DNA of 64,000 nucleotides from Chlamydiota bacterium (GTDB lineage Bacteria; Chlamydiota; Chlamydiia; Chlamydiales; JAAKFR01): NCBI GenBank assembly GCA_021772455.1, contig JAJFLY010000008.1, positions 10,741 to 74,740 of the forward strand, read 5' to 3'. Shown piece by piece: positions 54,781 to 64,000 of this stretch (position 1 is its first letter; each line of letters starts with the position of its first letter). The notes under the pieces were generated by a model. It saw only the letters and a program-made list of their open reading frames with translations, ran no database searches and was not told where the DNA came from. The position numbers and the translations under genes were made by a program.

Positions 54781-55516
54781 TCTCTCTCAAATGATCGCCT
54801 CGGAGCGGATTCCGCATGCGCTTCTTTTTTCAGGAGCCAGAGGCGCTAAGCTTGCTGAGGCAGCCCGTCAGTTTGCGATCGATCTTATTGGAAAACATCC
54901 TCATCCTGATGTTCACGAGTACTTTCCTGAAGGGAAAACACACATGCATCCGATCCAAAATTTACGCAAGCTTACAGAGGATATTGGCTTTGTTCCCTAT
55001 CAGGCTAAGTGGAAGCTCTATATTGTCCATGAAGCCGAACGGATGCTCCCAACGAGTAGTAATGCCCTTCTCAAAACATTTGAGGAGCCGACTAAAAGCA
55101 CGATCATCGTCCTTCTTTCCCACCATCCAGAAAAAATGCTTCCGACGATTCTCTCCCGCTGCCAAAAAATTGCATTTCCAGCTTCTCAAACAAGAGTTCA
55201 ACACAAAATCCTTGAGGTATTAGCAGGAAAAGAGTCACTAGAGACCTTAGAGGAAGGGGAGCCCGACGCACTTTTTGAGACCATTTTGCTTTGGTACCGC
55301 GATCGGATGCTTCTGAATGTCCAAGGAGGGGAGCACTATCTCACTTATCCTGAATACCAGGAGCCAATCAAACAAACACCTTTCATCTCTCTTGACAAAG
55401 TGGAAAAAGCCTTAGAGCAGACGCGCCTTGGGTGTGAACGCTCAATGAAGTTATCAACATGCTTAGAAGCGCTTTTTATTCAGCTCAACACACCTTTTAG
55501 AAAAGCAGTTAGCTGA
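54773..55516 (+). CDS. holB: DNA polymerase III delta-prime subunit (short form, 247 aa)
   Basis: IPHALLFSGARGAKLAEAARQFA (degenerate P-loop), KLYIVHEAERMLPTSSNALLKTFEEP, ILSRCQ (sensor). Confidence 0.8.
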   Translation: MNSLSQMIASERIPHALLFSGARGAKLAEAARQFAIDLIGKHPHPDVHEYFPEGKTHMHPIQNLRKLTEDIGFVPYQAKWKLYIVHEAERMLPTSSNALLKTFEEPTKSTIIVLLSHHPEKMLPTILSRCQKIAFPASQTRVQHKILEVLAGKESLETLEEGEPDALFETILLWYRDRMLLNVQGGEHYLTYPEYQEPIKQTPFISLDKVEKALEQTRLGCERSMKLSTCLEALFIQLNTPFRKAVS

Positions 55517-56151
55517 TCCAAAATTGCTTGAGGAATCTCGTGTCCTCCATTAAATCGATGAAACTCTCCCTTGAGCCCTCCCTCTTGAAGGAGGCTTGAG
55601 AGATCTTCGGCATTTTGCAATGACAAAAGGGGATCATTGATTCCATGACTTTGGAAAAAAGAGGTTTTCGCATGCAAGTGGGAAAGCCTGCGCCAATTCG
55701 GCTCGCAAGTGAGGGTGCCGGAGAGAATTACGAGGGCAGCCACAGGATCCATTCCATGCAAGGCGGTCTCTACTGCAAGAATCGCCCCTTGGCTATAGCC
55801 CCCTAAAATAAGTTTGGAACGGGGAACAGCGAGCTCCCCGATCAAACGTTCAATATGTTCCCGAGGTTCATTAAGCTCATCGGGAAATGGATTTGAAAGA
55901 TTTCCAAAATCAATTGGAAACCACGCGCGGCCGCTATATCCGGGTGCAAAAGAAATTTCTAGAGGACCATTTGGAAAGAGCCAGGTGGGGCGAGGACTTT
56001 GTTGAAATAGATTTGCCAGAGAGACAAGATCCATTGCACTTGCTCCAAACCCATGGAGAAGAATAATCACAGCTCCACCGGGATCACCTCGCACCTCCAC
56101 CACATCGAGTCCAGCAATTTGCTTATTTTCCATAACGCCCCGAGACGACAT
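55480..56151 (-). CDS. phospholipase/carboxylesterase-family alpha/beta hydrolase (223 aa)
   Basis: LLHGFGAS, nucleophile elbow GGYSQGA, HGINDPL, GGHEI. Confidence 0.8.
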   Translation of the reverse strand: MSSRGVMENKQIAGLDVVEVRGDPGGAVIILLHGFGASAMDLVSLANLFQQSPRPTWLFPNGPLEISFAPGYSGRAWFPIDFGNLSNPFPDELNEPREHIERLIGELAVPRSKLILGGYSQGAILAVETALHGMDPVAALVILSGTLTCEPNWRRLSHLHAKTSFFQSHGINDPLLSLQNAEDLSSLLQEGGLKGEFHRFNGGHEIPQAILDQLTAFLKGVLS

Positions 56152-56770
56152 CCCAATTAATGTTATTCCAGAATGCCTTGATATACCCCATTCTGTTTAA
56201 GCCATAATCAAGTAAATAGGCATGCTCCCATACATCCATGATTAGAATTGGATCGCCACCAGCGATATGGTTATCCTGATGCTCTGCGATCCACATATTC
56301 ATTAAACGCCCCTGCACAGGATCTAAGTAGAGAACGACCCAGCCGACCCCGCGCATCATTCCCGTATTGATAAAATCCTCTTTCCACACCTCATAGCTTC
56401 CAAAATCTTTCACGATTCGTTGATGAAGGGGCGTCTCTGCAGCGAGCACTCCTTCTTTTCCACCCAAGTTAGAAAAGTAGAGTTCATGCAAACGCATACC
56501 GTCGAATTCAAAACCAAGTCGCCGCTTGATCGCACCAAACTGAGGTGTTGTCTCTTTGTTTTCCGCCATGTAGCTCTTCAAGATGCTGAGCAACAGATTC
56601 GTGTTTTTTACATACCCCTCATAAAGTTTAAAATGCATCTCAAGTGTTTGATTCGAAAACCCGGGCATCCCAATCAGATGAGAAAAATCCTTCGCCACAT
56701 AAGGGGTATCCTCTACGGCAAATAGCGCAGAGCTAACCATAACTAATAGGAGCAGTAGCATTTTTCTCAT
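56123..56770 (-). CDS. Fe/Mn-family superoxide dismutase with a signal peptide (215 aa)
   Basis: DVWEHAYLLDY (Asp/His ligands), the LHELYF His and the EMH His. The N-terminus MRKMLLLLLVMVSSALFA is signal-like, and an AAGAGG RBS lies 6 nt upstream. Confidence 0.85.
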   Translation of the reverse strand: MRKMLLLLLVMVSSALFAVEDTPYVAKDFSHLIGMPGFSNQTLEMHFKLYEGYVKNTNLLLSILKSYMAENKETTPQFGAIKRRLGFEFDGMRLHELYFSNLGGKEGVLAAETPLHQRIVKDFGSYEVWKEDFINTGMMRGVGWVVLYLDPVQGRLMNMWIAEHQDNHIAGGDPILIMDVWEHAYLLDYGLNRMGYIKAFWNNINWDVVSGRYGK

Positions 56771-56853
56771 CGAGAACCTCTTATAAATCTTTTTGAAATA
56801 TGATGATCATAACCAATCTTTGTGCAATAATCAAATTTAAATGAGGAGGAAAA

Positions 56854-57363
56854 ATGCCCGAAACAGTAATGGTTCAAGGTAAATCTTTTACCTTAAAAGG
56901 AAATATGGTGAAAGTTGGGGATAAAGCTCCCGATTGCCTCCTAACAAATGAAAAATTGGAAGACATCACCCTCTCATCCTTTGAAGGGAAAGCATTATTG
57001 ATTATGACGGTCCCTTCGCTCGACACACCTGTATGCAGTAAAGAGGTGCACCGATTCAACCAAGAGCTTGGCCGTTTTGGAGAAGGTTTGACCGCTATTG
57101 CCATCAGTATGGATTTGCCCTTTGCGCAAAAACGGTGGTGTGCTGCCGAAGATGTTGATAATCTAATCGCCCTATCCGACTATAAAAATCGGGAGTTTGG
57201 GGAGAAGTTTGGAATCCTGATTCCCGATCTAGGTTTACTGGCACGCTCGATTTTCATCCTTGGCGCTGACGGAAAAATTTTAAGCGTTCATCTAGTAAAA
57301 GAGACGAGCGAGGAGCCCAACTATGACAAAATTCTTGAAGATTTAACTCTACGCATTGGATGA
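56854..57363 (+). CDS. tpx: thiol peroxidase (atypical 2-Cys peroxiredoxin, 169 aa)
   Basis: PSLDTPVCS (peroxidatic Cys) and RWCAAE (resolving Cys). Confidence 0.9.
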   Translation: MPETVMVQGKSFTLKGNMVKVGDKAPDCLLTNEKLEDITLSSFEGKALLIMTVPSLDTPVCSKEVHRFNQELGRFGEGLTAIAISMDLPFAQKRWCAAEDVDNLIALSDYKNREFGEKFGILIPDLGLLARSIFILGADGKILSVHLVKETSEEPNYDKILEDLTLRIG

Positions 57364-58058
57364 TAGAATTACGGACAAGCAAAGAGCGTGGCTATGAAGA
57401 TAAAGGGTGGTTGCAAACCTACCACACCTTTTCGTTCGACACGTACTACGATCCCGACTTTCTCCGCTACCGCGACCTGCGGGTGATAAACGAGGATACC
57501 GTGAAAGGGGGTAAGGGCTTCGGGGCTCACCACCACCGTGATGTCGAAATTTTGACCTATGTTCTTGAAGGTGCGCTCGAACACCGCGACAGCCTCGGCA
57601 ATACAAGCGTGATCAGGCCAAACGAGGTTCTTCGCATGAGCGCGGGAACCGGGATTACCCATAGCGAATACAACTTGTCGCATCACCTTCCTGTGCGCTT
57701 TCTACAAATTTGGATCAACCCAGAGCGTCACGATCTCGAACCCTCCTACTCTCAGAAACTCTTTTCAAGTGCATCTAAATGGGGGCAGTGGTGCTTGATC
57801 GGCTCTCGTAATGGGCGTGACGGCTCGTTGCGCATCCACCAGGATCTCGATCTCTATTCCACCATTCTCGATGACAACGATGAAATTCGTTACGAGGCAA
57901 TGTTTGATCGCTACTACTGGATTCAGGTTGTTTCGGGCAAATTCCTTGTTCAAGAGAGCATTTTGGAGGCTGGTGATAGCGCCTCACTCAATGACGAGTC
58001 AACGATCGAGATTCGCTGCCTGGAGGGGGGCGAGCTTCTTCTTTTTGATCTTATTTGA
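57360..58058 (+). CDS. pirin-family protein (232 aa)
   Basis: Cupin metal site GAHHHRDVEILTYVLEGALEHRDSLGN and MSAGTGITHSE. A 4-nt overlap with tpx. Confidence 0.85.
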   Translation: MIELRTSKERGYEDKGWLQTYHTFSFDTYYDPDFLRYRDLRVINEDTVKGGKGFGAHHHRDVEILTYVLEGALEHRDSLGNTSVIRPNEVLRMSAGTGITHSEYNLSHHLPVRFLQIWINPERHDLEPSYSQKLFSSASKWGQWCLIGSRNGRDGSLRIHQDLDLYSTILDDNDEIRYEAMFDRYYWIQVVSGKFLVQESILEAGDSASLNDESTIEIRCLEGGELLLFDLI

Positions 58059-58080
58059 GTTCAATAGCATTAATAATATG

Positions 58081-58110
58081 GGAGTGTTGAAAAATAACAC
58101 TCTTTCCCCC
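58081..58110 (+). terminator. hairpin after the pirin gene
   Basis: GGAGTGTT - GAAAAAT - AACACTC followed by TTTCCCCCC, 23 nt after the stop. Confidence 0.4.
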
Positions 58111-58357
58111 CTTTCCCCCATTTGAATCAATGTTCCGGATCACTCCAGCTTCTCAAGATTTAGAGATCAGTTAATTCAACATAATATGGATCAAGGGGAG
58201 TATAAAAAGGCGATCAAGCTCAGTCAGATTCGAAAAAAAATCCCACTACTCATATAGCTTAAAAATTACTTAAAACATTAACTATCTTTTATTTACAATC
58301 GACATTTGCAGATTGATACTCTATAATTATGCGGTTTTTCTAAAAAAGGAGTTTGAA

Positions 58358-58993
58358 ATGCATTTACCAAATATTTTACGACGAACGCCTTGTTCTTCAG
58401 GAACGCCAGCGCGTGCTGAAAAAGCCTCGGTACAAGCAAGAGCGACCATGGAAGCTGCACAAGGTTTATCTGGACTCTCTGTAAGCAATAGAAGTCAAAC
58501 AACAATTGAACAATGTAACTATCTGAATGAAAAAATTGTAGAAGTTGTGGATAAGGCATTTAAGGAGAATATTTATAGCGAAAATCAGACCGAAGAGCTT
58601 TGTATAAGTCAATCATGGGCTTACATCGAACTTGGAGAATATAAAAATGCTATGATATGTGTTGACCAAGGATTTGCCGCGAAGCCTAGTTCAAAATGCC
58701 TTCTCGGAAAACTCTTTCACATCAAAGCATTTGCTTGTCTCCTAAATGGCCAATATCAAAAAGTGCACAAAGTCGTGAAAAGAGGAATTCGAGAGAACCC
58801 AGATGATAAAGTGATGGTCAATGCACTTATGCAGATTAACACGTGGGCATCTAGACATTCTTTAAGTGATAGGGATGAGGAAAATGCAGCCTGGGGCTTA
58901 ACTAAGCTTTCCTACTTACCTTTACCAAATACCTATGAGCTTCCACCAGAGGCTGCCAAGCCCCATCCAGATGATGATATTGACAACGCTTAA
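58358..58993 (+). CDS. hypothetical protein with a TPR-like helical region (211 aa)
   Basis: I trimmed the start to the ATG at 58358, which is preceded by AAAAGGAG. It contains TPR-like helices (SWAYIELGEYKNAMICVDQG, FACLLNGQYQKVHKVVKRGIRENP). Its 3' end overlaps the convergent DASS gene by 72 nt. Confidence 0.5.
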   Translation: MHLPNILRRTPCSSGTPARAEKASVQARATMEAAQGLSGLSVSNRSQTTIEQCNYLNEKIVEVVDKAFKENIYSENQTEELCISQSWAYIELGEYKNAMICVDQGFAAKPSSKCLLGKLFHIKAFACLLNGQYQKVHKVVKRGIRENPDDKVMVNALMQINTWASRHSLSDRDEENAAWGLTKLSYLPLPNTYELPPEAAKPHPDDDIDNA

Positions 58994-60328
58994 GATAAAA
59001 CCAATGCGCCACCACGCTTTGACTTCTATATAGCCAGATCCATAGTAGATTGGAGCGGGGCCACTCCCGTAGTGGGTAAGTCCGCCCATCAAGTTGCTTG
59101 AAAAGGCAAAGACTAGGATCGCAATGGTGGGCGGCGCTCCAAGGCTGATCGCAACCATCAAGAATGCCGGGTACATGGCGCCAACATGGGCGGTGTTACT
59201 AGCAAAAAAGTAGTGGGAATAGAAGTAGATAAGCCCGAGAATTATAAAAGCGGGAATCCAATTCATCCCACCAACGACGTGGACAACCTGCTCACTTACC
59301 CAGGGGGTTAAGCCGAGGGTATTGAGCTGGGTTGCCATCATAATCAGGGTTGCAAACCAGATGAAGGTGTCCCACGCGGCATGTTCTCTAATCACATCGT
59401 TCCATTCGAGGACACTGAACAGTAAAATGAGGGCAAGGCCGGCTAGTGCTGCAACGGTGGCATTCATGCCGATTATTCCTCCAAATATCCAGAGTATGAG
59501 AAGGAGGATGAAAATCCCAAGCATCATCCACTCATCTTTTTCTAATTTGCCCATCTCGGCGAGTTTCTTGCGGGCGAGCTCTGTTGCGTGTGGGGTCTCT
59601 TTAATCGAAGGGGGGTAGAGCTTATAGACAATGAGGGGCATCAGAATTAAGCTGATTAGGCCTGGAACTAGGGCTGCTAAGGCCCACTTACCCCACGAGA
59701 TGGAGTAACCTGCATCTTGTGTGAGGCCAACGAGGAAGGGGTTGGCAGCCATGGCTGTGAGAAACATCGCGCTCGTAATCACAGAGCCTTGGTAGGCGAC
59801 TTTCATCAAAAATGAGCCGATCCGCCGTTCGGTTCCAAGGTGAGGCTCGCTCCCAAATGATTTGGCAAGCCCTTGCACAATAGGAAAAATCACCCCTCCG
59901 GTACGGGCTGTTACACTTGGAATTGCCGGAGAGAGGACAAGCTCGCTCATTAAAATACCATAGCTTAGGCCGAGTGTGCGCTTTCCAAAAATCGAGACGA
60001 AATAGTAGGCGATACGGCTTCCTAAGCCTGTTTTGATAAAGCCGCGCGAGATAAAAAAGGCAAAGACGACAAGCCAAACGATCGCGCTATGAAACCCGGC
60101 AAGGGTCTCTTCGAGTGTTAGCGTATAGGTCAAGGTAGAGATGCTCATAGAGAGAATGACAATGGCACCAATTGGAAGGGGCTTGAGGATGATTCCAAGA
60201 ATCGTTGAAATGAAAATCGCAAGCAGGTGCCAAGCTCTTGCTTCAACCTTTTCAGGGTGAGGTAGAAACCAAATAGCAGCACCGACTAGCACTACAATGA
60301 GAAAAGAGATAATTTGCTTTTTGTTCAC
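58922..60328 (-). CDS. DASS-family anion:sodium symporter (2-oxoglutarate/malate translocator-like, 468 aa)
   Basis: About 12 TM with hairpin-loop regions (SPAIPSVTARTGG; FASNTAHVGAMYP), typical of the DASS/SodiT/YbhI family. Confidence 0.8.
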   Translation of the reverse strand: MNKKQIISFLIVVLVGAAIWFLPHPEKVEARAWHLLAIFISTILGIILKPLPIGAIVILSMSISTLTYTLTLEETLAGFHSAIVWLVVFAFFISRGFIKTGLGSRIAYYFVSIFGKRTLGLSYGILMSELVLSPAIPSVTARTGGVIFPIVQGLAKSFGSEPHLGTERRIGSFLMKVAYQGSVITSAMFLTAMAANPFLVGLTQDAGYSISWGKWALAALVPGLISLILMPLIVYKLYPPSIKETPHATELARKKLAEMGKLEKDEWMMLGIFILLLILWIFGGIIGMNATVAALAGLALILLFSVLEWNDVIREHAAWDTFIWFATLIMMATQLNTLGLTPWVSEQVVHVVGGMNWIPAFIILGLIYFYSHYFFASNTAHVGAMYPAFLMVAISLGAPPTIAILVFAFSSNLMGGLTHYGSGPAPIYYGSGYIEVKAWWRIGFILSVVNIIIWMGLGSLWWKLIGIW

Positions 60329-60342
60329 TGGCAGGGACTATA

Positions 60343-61092
60343 TCACTGAAAAGAATAATTTCCCATCCACTTCTCCATTTCGGTAACTGTATCGTCGATC
60401 AGTTCGGCGTCATGAAAGAGTTGAAATAGGTGGCGTTGTTTCTCTTCAGCTAACGTTGTTGCGACATCTTCAAAGGAGATAAATGCGCTATTAATTAATT
60501 TAAGCTTATAAGCTTCTTGAATTTCGATGTATAGTTCTTCTGGATAGAGTGAGCAGCAACTCACAATCAAATGGTCCCAAACAAAAGAGGGGATTTTCTC
60601 AAGTTTACTCTGAAAAAGGGAGCGAAAGTACTCGATAATCTCTTTTCGATTGATCAAGCCACATCCGACAAGTGTGACCAAGCACGCCTGGCAGGCCGCA
60701 CGGACGTATTCGTTGATGGCAGGGTTTTCAATTAAGTGTTTTAAAGGATCGATGTTTTTTCCACATACACTTGCAAAAATGCGGCTGAGATCTTCGGTTA
60801 GAACATCTCCTGCAATTGCGTGTGGAATTTCGCCTGGAAAGGAAAAAAGTTCGAGTATATAGGGATAAGCACCCTCATCGCGAAATTGGGCGAGCAAATA
60901 CATCGCATAAAGATGGCCTTGATAGTTGTCATCTTCAATAATTTCATCAACCCTATAAACTGCATCTTCTAGAATAGCAATGAGGTGGGGCGTGATTTGT
61001 TTACGCTTTGCGATCGCAGCTTCTATTGCATCTCTAGGGAGATCTCCTCCCATATCGTAAGCTAACTCTTCGATGATATGCGCTAAGTTCAT
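60343..61092 (-). CDS. cytoplasmic helical-repeat protein, DUF1186-like (249 aa)
   Basis: The pattern LPRDAIEAAIAKRKQITPHLIAILEDAV...GHLYAMYLLAQFRDEGAYPYILELF resembles my memory of DUF1186. No SEC-C tail. Confidence 0.5.
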   Translation of the reverse strand: MNLAHIIEELAYDMGGDLPRDAIEAAIAKRKQITPHLIAILEDAVYRVDEIIEDDNYQGHLYAMYLLAQFRDEGAYPYILELFSFPGEIPHAIAGDVLTEDLSRIFASVCGKNIDPLKHLIENPAINEYVRAACQACLVTLVGCGLINRKEIIEYFRSLFQSKLEKIPSFVWDHLIVSCCSLYPEELYIEIQEAYKLKLINSAFISFEDVATTLAEEKQRHLFQLFHDAELIDDTVTEMEKWMGNYSFQ

Positions 61093-61174
61093 AATTTACG
61101 TCTTATAGCAAGATCGTCCTTTGCGAAAAACAGTTTTTTACTTAAAATTCTCTCGTTTTAAGAGGACACTAAAT

Positions 61175-61753
61175 ATGAGAGCAATCTTACTTGTAGGACT
61201 ATTAGCTATTTTAGGTGCTTGTCAGGCACAAACCAAAGAGGAGACATCCATGACCAATCCAGTCGTAACCATCCAGACATCTGAGGGTGATATCGAAGTT
61301 GAGCTATTTGCCAACAAAGCTCCCACTACTGTGGAAAATTTTCTTACTTATGTTGATGAAGAGCATTATAACAAAACGATTTTCCACCGCGTAATCAACG
61401 GCTTTATGATCCAAGGTGGTGGGATGACCGCTGATATGCAAGAAAAAAAGACGCATGCACCGATTCAAAATGAAGCTTCAAATGGCGTTTTAAACAAGAA
61501 GGGGACACTCGCTATGGCGCGCACCTCAGATATTCACTCCGCAACTTCCCAATTCTTTATCAACGTTGCAGATAACGACTTCCTTAATTTCCGCAGCGCG
61601 ACTTCCAGTGGATATGGCTATTGCGTTTTTGGTGAGGTGAAGAAGGGAATGGATGTTGTCGAGAAGATCAAATGTTGCGAGACAAGCACTCGAAAAGGGC
61701 ACCAGGATGTTCCTGTGAAGGCGATCGAAATCATCAAAATCACCCGTAACTAA
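61175..61753 (+). CDS. cyclophilin-type peptidyl-prolyl isomerase, lipoprotein (192 aa)
   Basis: The ATG at 61175 gives [16 protein letters not shown] (lipobox LGAC). [27 protein letters not shown]. Confidence 0.9.
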   Translation: MRAILLVGLLAILGACQAQTKEETSMTNPVVTIQTSEGDIEVELFANKAPTTVENFLTYVDEEHYNKTIFHRVINGFMIQGGGMTADMQEKKTHAPIQNEASNGVLNKKGTLAMARTSDIHSATSQFFINVADNDFLNFRSATSSGYGYCVFGEVKKGMDVVEKIKCCETSTRKGHQDVPVKAIEIIKITRN

Positions 61754-61755
61754 TT

Positions 61756-62709
61756 TTAGATTAAGTGGCAGGCCACGAAGTGGTCTTTTTTCACTTCCCT
61801 CCATTCCGGAATCTCCGTTTTACAGCGATTGGTCGCAAGCGGACAGCGACTGGAAAATGGACAACCTGCAGGCGGATTTAGCGGATTGGGAACTTCCCCT
61901 TGAAGCACGATCCGGCTGCGTTTTTTTTCAATTTCAGGATCGGGAATAGGGATTGCTGAAAGTAGTGCCTGTGTATAAGGATGAAGCGGATCGCGATAGA
62001 GCTGCTCACTTGCCGTAAGCTCCATCAACTGCCCTAAGTACATCACAGCAACACGATCGGAAATATATTTAATCATCGAAAGGTCGTGGGCGATGAATAA
62101 AAATGTTAAATTCATCTCGCTTTGCAGCTTTTTGAGAAGATTGACCACTTGCGCCTGGATTGAGACATCCAGTGCTGAGATCGGCTCGTCGCAAATAATG
62201 AACTCAGGCTCAACGGCAAGGGCTCTGGCGATTCCGATTCGCTGTCTTTGTCCTCCGCTAAATTCGTGGGGAAATCGACTCATATGATTGGGATTGAGCC
62301 CGACACATCTTAAGAGCTCTTCAATTCTTTTACGCCGCTCTTTTCCACGTGCCAAGCGATGAATATCGAGGGGCTCTCCAACGATATCCTGAACGGTCAT
62401 GCGGGGATTGAGCGAGGCGTAGGGGTCTTGGAAAACGATCTGCATGCGACGACGCATCCGTTTCATCTGACGCATCGTCAGAGATTGTAAATCGATCCCA
62501 TCAAACTCCACATTTCCAGAGGTGGGCTCATAGAGGCGAAGAAGTGTGCGTCCTACGGTCGATTTACCACATCCACTCTCTCCGACAAGACCAAGGGTCT
62601 CTCCACGATAAATTTGGAGGTTAAGCGAGTGGATGGCGTGTAGTTGTCTCTTTCCTACTCTGAAGCTTTTTGCGAGCTCATTGATATTTACAAGTACATC
62701 TTTTGTCAT
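61756..62709 (-). CDS. oppF: oligopeptide ABC transporter ATP-binding protein OppF (317 aa)
   Basis: Walker A GESGCGKST, signature FSGGQRQR, Walker B FIICDEP, and the C-terminal oligopeptide/dipeptide extension with Cys residues. Confidence 0.9.
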   Translation of the reverse strand: MTKDVLVNINELAKSFRVGKRQLHAIHSLNLQIYRGETLGLVGESGCGKSTVGRTLLRLYEPTSGNVEFDGIDLQSLTMRQMKRMRRRMQIVFQDPYASLNPRMTVQDIVGEPLDIHRLARGKERRKRIEELLRCVGLNPNHMSRFPHEFSGGQRQRIGIARALAVEPEFIICDEPISALDVSIQAQVVNLLKKLQSEMNLTFLFIAHDLSMIKYISDRVAVMYLGQLMELTASEQLYRDPLHPYTQALLSAIPIPDPEIEKKRSRIVLQGEVPNPLNPPAGCPFSSRCPLATNRCKTEIPEWREVKKDHFVACHLI

Positions 62710-63677
62710 CGATTATTCTGCCAGCAGGCAACCTCGTGTTGTTCATCAATGTGCTCTTTAGGGGGTGGTGTCGACTGGCAGATGCGCATGGCAGATGCGC
62801 AGCGTGGGCAAAAAGAGCATCCAGTGGGTGGGTTTAGGAGGTTTGGAGGCGTTCCATAAATCGGAATGAGCTCTTTTTGTTTATCCATATCCAAACGGGG
62901 GACGGAGCGCAAGAGCCCTTGCGTGTAAGGATGACGCGGGTTTTTGTAGATTTGGTCGACAGTTCCACTTTCTACGATCTCACCACCATACATCACAAGC
63001 ACGCGGTCGCATATTCCCGCTACAACTCCTAAATCGTGAGTAATGAGAATGATGCTCGTTTCTGTTTTTTGTTGGATACTTTTCATCAGCTCGAGAATTT
63101 GGGCTTGAATAGTCACATCGAGCGCGGTTGTCGGCTCGTCGGCGATTAAAAGCTTGGGACGGCATGCAAGCGCAATTGCGATAACCACCCGCTGACGCAT
63201 CCCTCCGCTGAATTCATGGGGATACTGATCAACACGTTTTTCGGGGTCCGACATTCCTACTAAGTTAAGCAATTGTATCGCTTGAGCACGCGCCTCGGGT
63301 TTTGAGAGACCACGGTGTTTAATGAGCCCCTCCATAATCTGCTTCCCAACACGCATAGTTGGGTTGAGAGAGGTCATTGGATCTTGGAAAATCATCCCAA
63401 TCTCTTTGCCTCGAATCCCTTCCATCTGAGTGCGGCTCTTCGCAAGAAGGTCGGAGTCTTCAAAGAGTATTTTTCCCGAATCAATATTCCCTGGTGGAGT
63501 GGGAATTAATCTCATAATCGACTGTGCCGTTACACTCTTTCCGCACCCTGATTCCCCGACGATTGCGAGGGTTTCTCCGTAGCCGACCGAAAATGAGATG
63601 TCGCGTACAGCTTTGACTTGTCCTAAGTATGTGCGGAATGAAACACAGAGGTTTTCGACTTTTAAAAGCTTCTTCAC
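62706..63677 (-). CDS. oppD: oligopeptide ABC transporter ATP-binding protein OppD (323 aa)
   Basis: Walker A GESGCGKSV, FSGGMRQR, LLIADEPTTALD. A 4-nt overlap with oppF. Confidence 0.9.
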   Translation of the reverse strand: MKKLLKVENLCVSFRTYLGQVKAVRDISFSVGYGETLAIVGESGCGKSVTAQSIMRLIPTPPGNIDSGKILFEDSDLLAKSRTQMEGIRGKEIGMIFQDPMTSLNPTMRVGKQIMEGLIKHRGLSKPEARAQAIQLLNLVGMSDPEKRVDQYPHEFSGGMRQRVVIAIALACRPKLLIADEPTTALDVTIQAQILELMKSIQQKTETSIILITHDLGVVAGICDRVLVMYGGEIVESGTVDQIYKNPRHPYTQGLLRSVPRLDMDKQKELIPIYGTPPNLLNPPTGCSFCPRCASAMRICQSTPPPKEHIDEQHEVACWQNNR

Positions 63678-64000
63678 TATTTCCTCAATTTTGGGTCGAG
63701 AGCATCGCGCAAGCCATCACCGACAAGGTTGAAGGCGAGCATGGTGATGCTGATAAAAAATGCAGGAAAAAAGAGGCGCCATGGGTAATAGCGCATAGCA
63801 GGCAGGCCATCGCTTGCCATTGTTCCCCAACTTGCCATCGGAGCTTGAACTCCTAGCCCCAAGAAACTCAAAAAGGCTTCGGTAAAGATCGCAATTGGAA
63901 TGGTTAAGGTCATTGTTACAATAATGGGGCCCATCGCATTTGGGATTAAATGTTTTAATAGAATTCTTCTGCGGCCTGCACCCAAAGCGATCGCAGCCAA
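63677..64000 (-). CDS. oppC: oligopeptide ABC transporter permease OppC, C-terminal fragment (gene runs off the window)
   Basis: LSFLGLGVQAPMASWGTM...FNLVGDGLRDALDPKLRK is the typical C-terminus of BPD-transport permeases. There is no start codon within the window. Confidence 0.85.
   Translation of the reverse strand: MAAIALGAGRRRILLKHLIPNAMGPIIVTMTLTIPIAIFTEAFLSFLGLGVQAPMASWGTMASDGLPAMRYYPWRLFFPAFFISITMLAFNLVGDGLRDALDPKLRK

Overview
The window is a gene-dense chromosomal segment (about 60 CDS, both strands). I recognised no rRNA, tRNA, CRISPR array or IS/transposase. It most likely comes from an environmental Chlamydia-like bacterium (phylum Chlamydiae). Three things support this: the gene order DUF721-gyrB-gyrA-tmk-holB and oppC-oppD-oppF near a DASS (ybhI-type) carrier, which match my memory of Chlamydia trachomatis; several small Inc-like proteins with two hydrophobic helices; and eukaryote-like F-box and Sel1 proteins. 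Housekeeping and metabolic genes include two Zn-ADHs, two paralogous SDR epimerase-like genes, sixA, adk, tkt, tgt plus a yhhQ-type transporter, DsbA/DsbB, a sod-tpx-pirin cluster, a cyclophilin, and a treS(-mak)/treY/treZ trehalose operon.

The most unusual content is:
1. An 8.8-kb ORF (about 2,915-2,926 aa) with an Inc-like N-terminal membrane hairpin and a C-terminal P-loop/DExH-like NTPase module. From memory, the module resembles the DUF3638/DUF3645 module of giant eukaryotic proteins.
2. An uncharacterised ~600-aa domain present twice. One copy is fused N-terminally to a leaderless OppA-type solute-binding domain. The other is translationally coupled to an aspartokinase that lacks ACT domains.
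3. A TreS-maltokinase fusion in which both catalytic Asp residues of the kinase domain read Asn.
4. An adenylate kinase and an Fe/Mn-SOD that each carry a Sec-type signal peptide.
5. A tandem F-box protein.
6. A VKOR-like membrane protein paired with an SDR.

All functional calls rest on motifs read by eye. No database search was possible.
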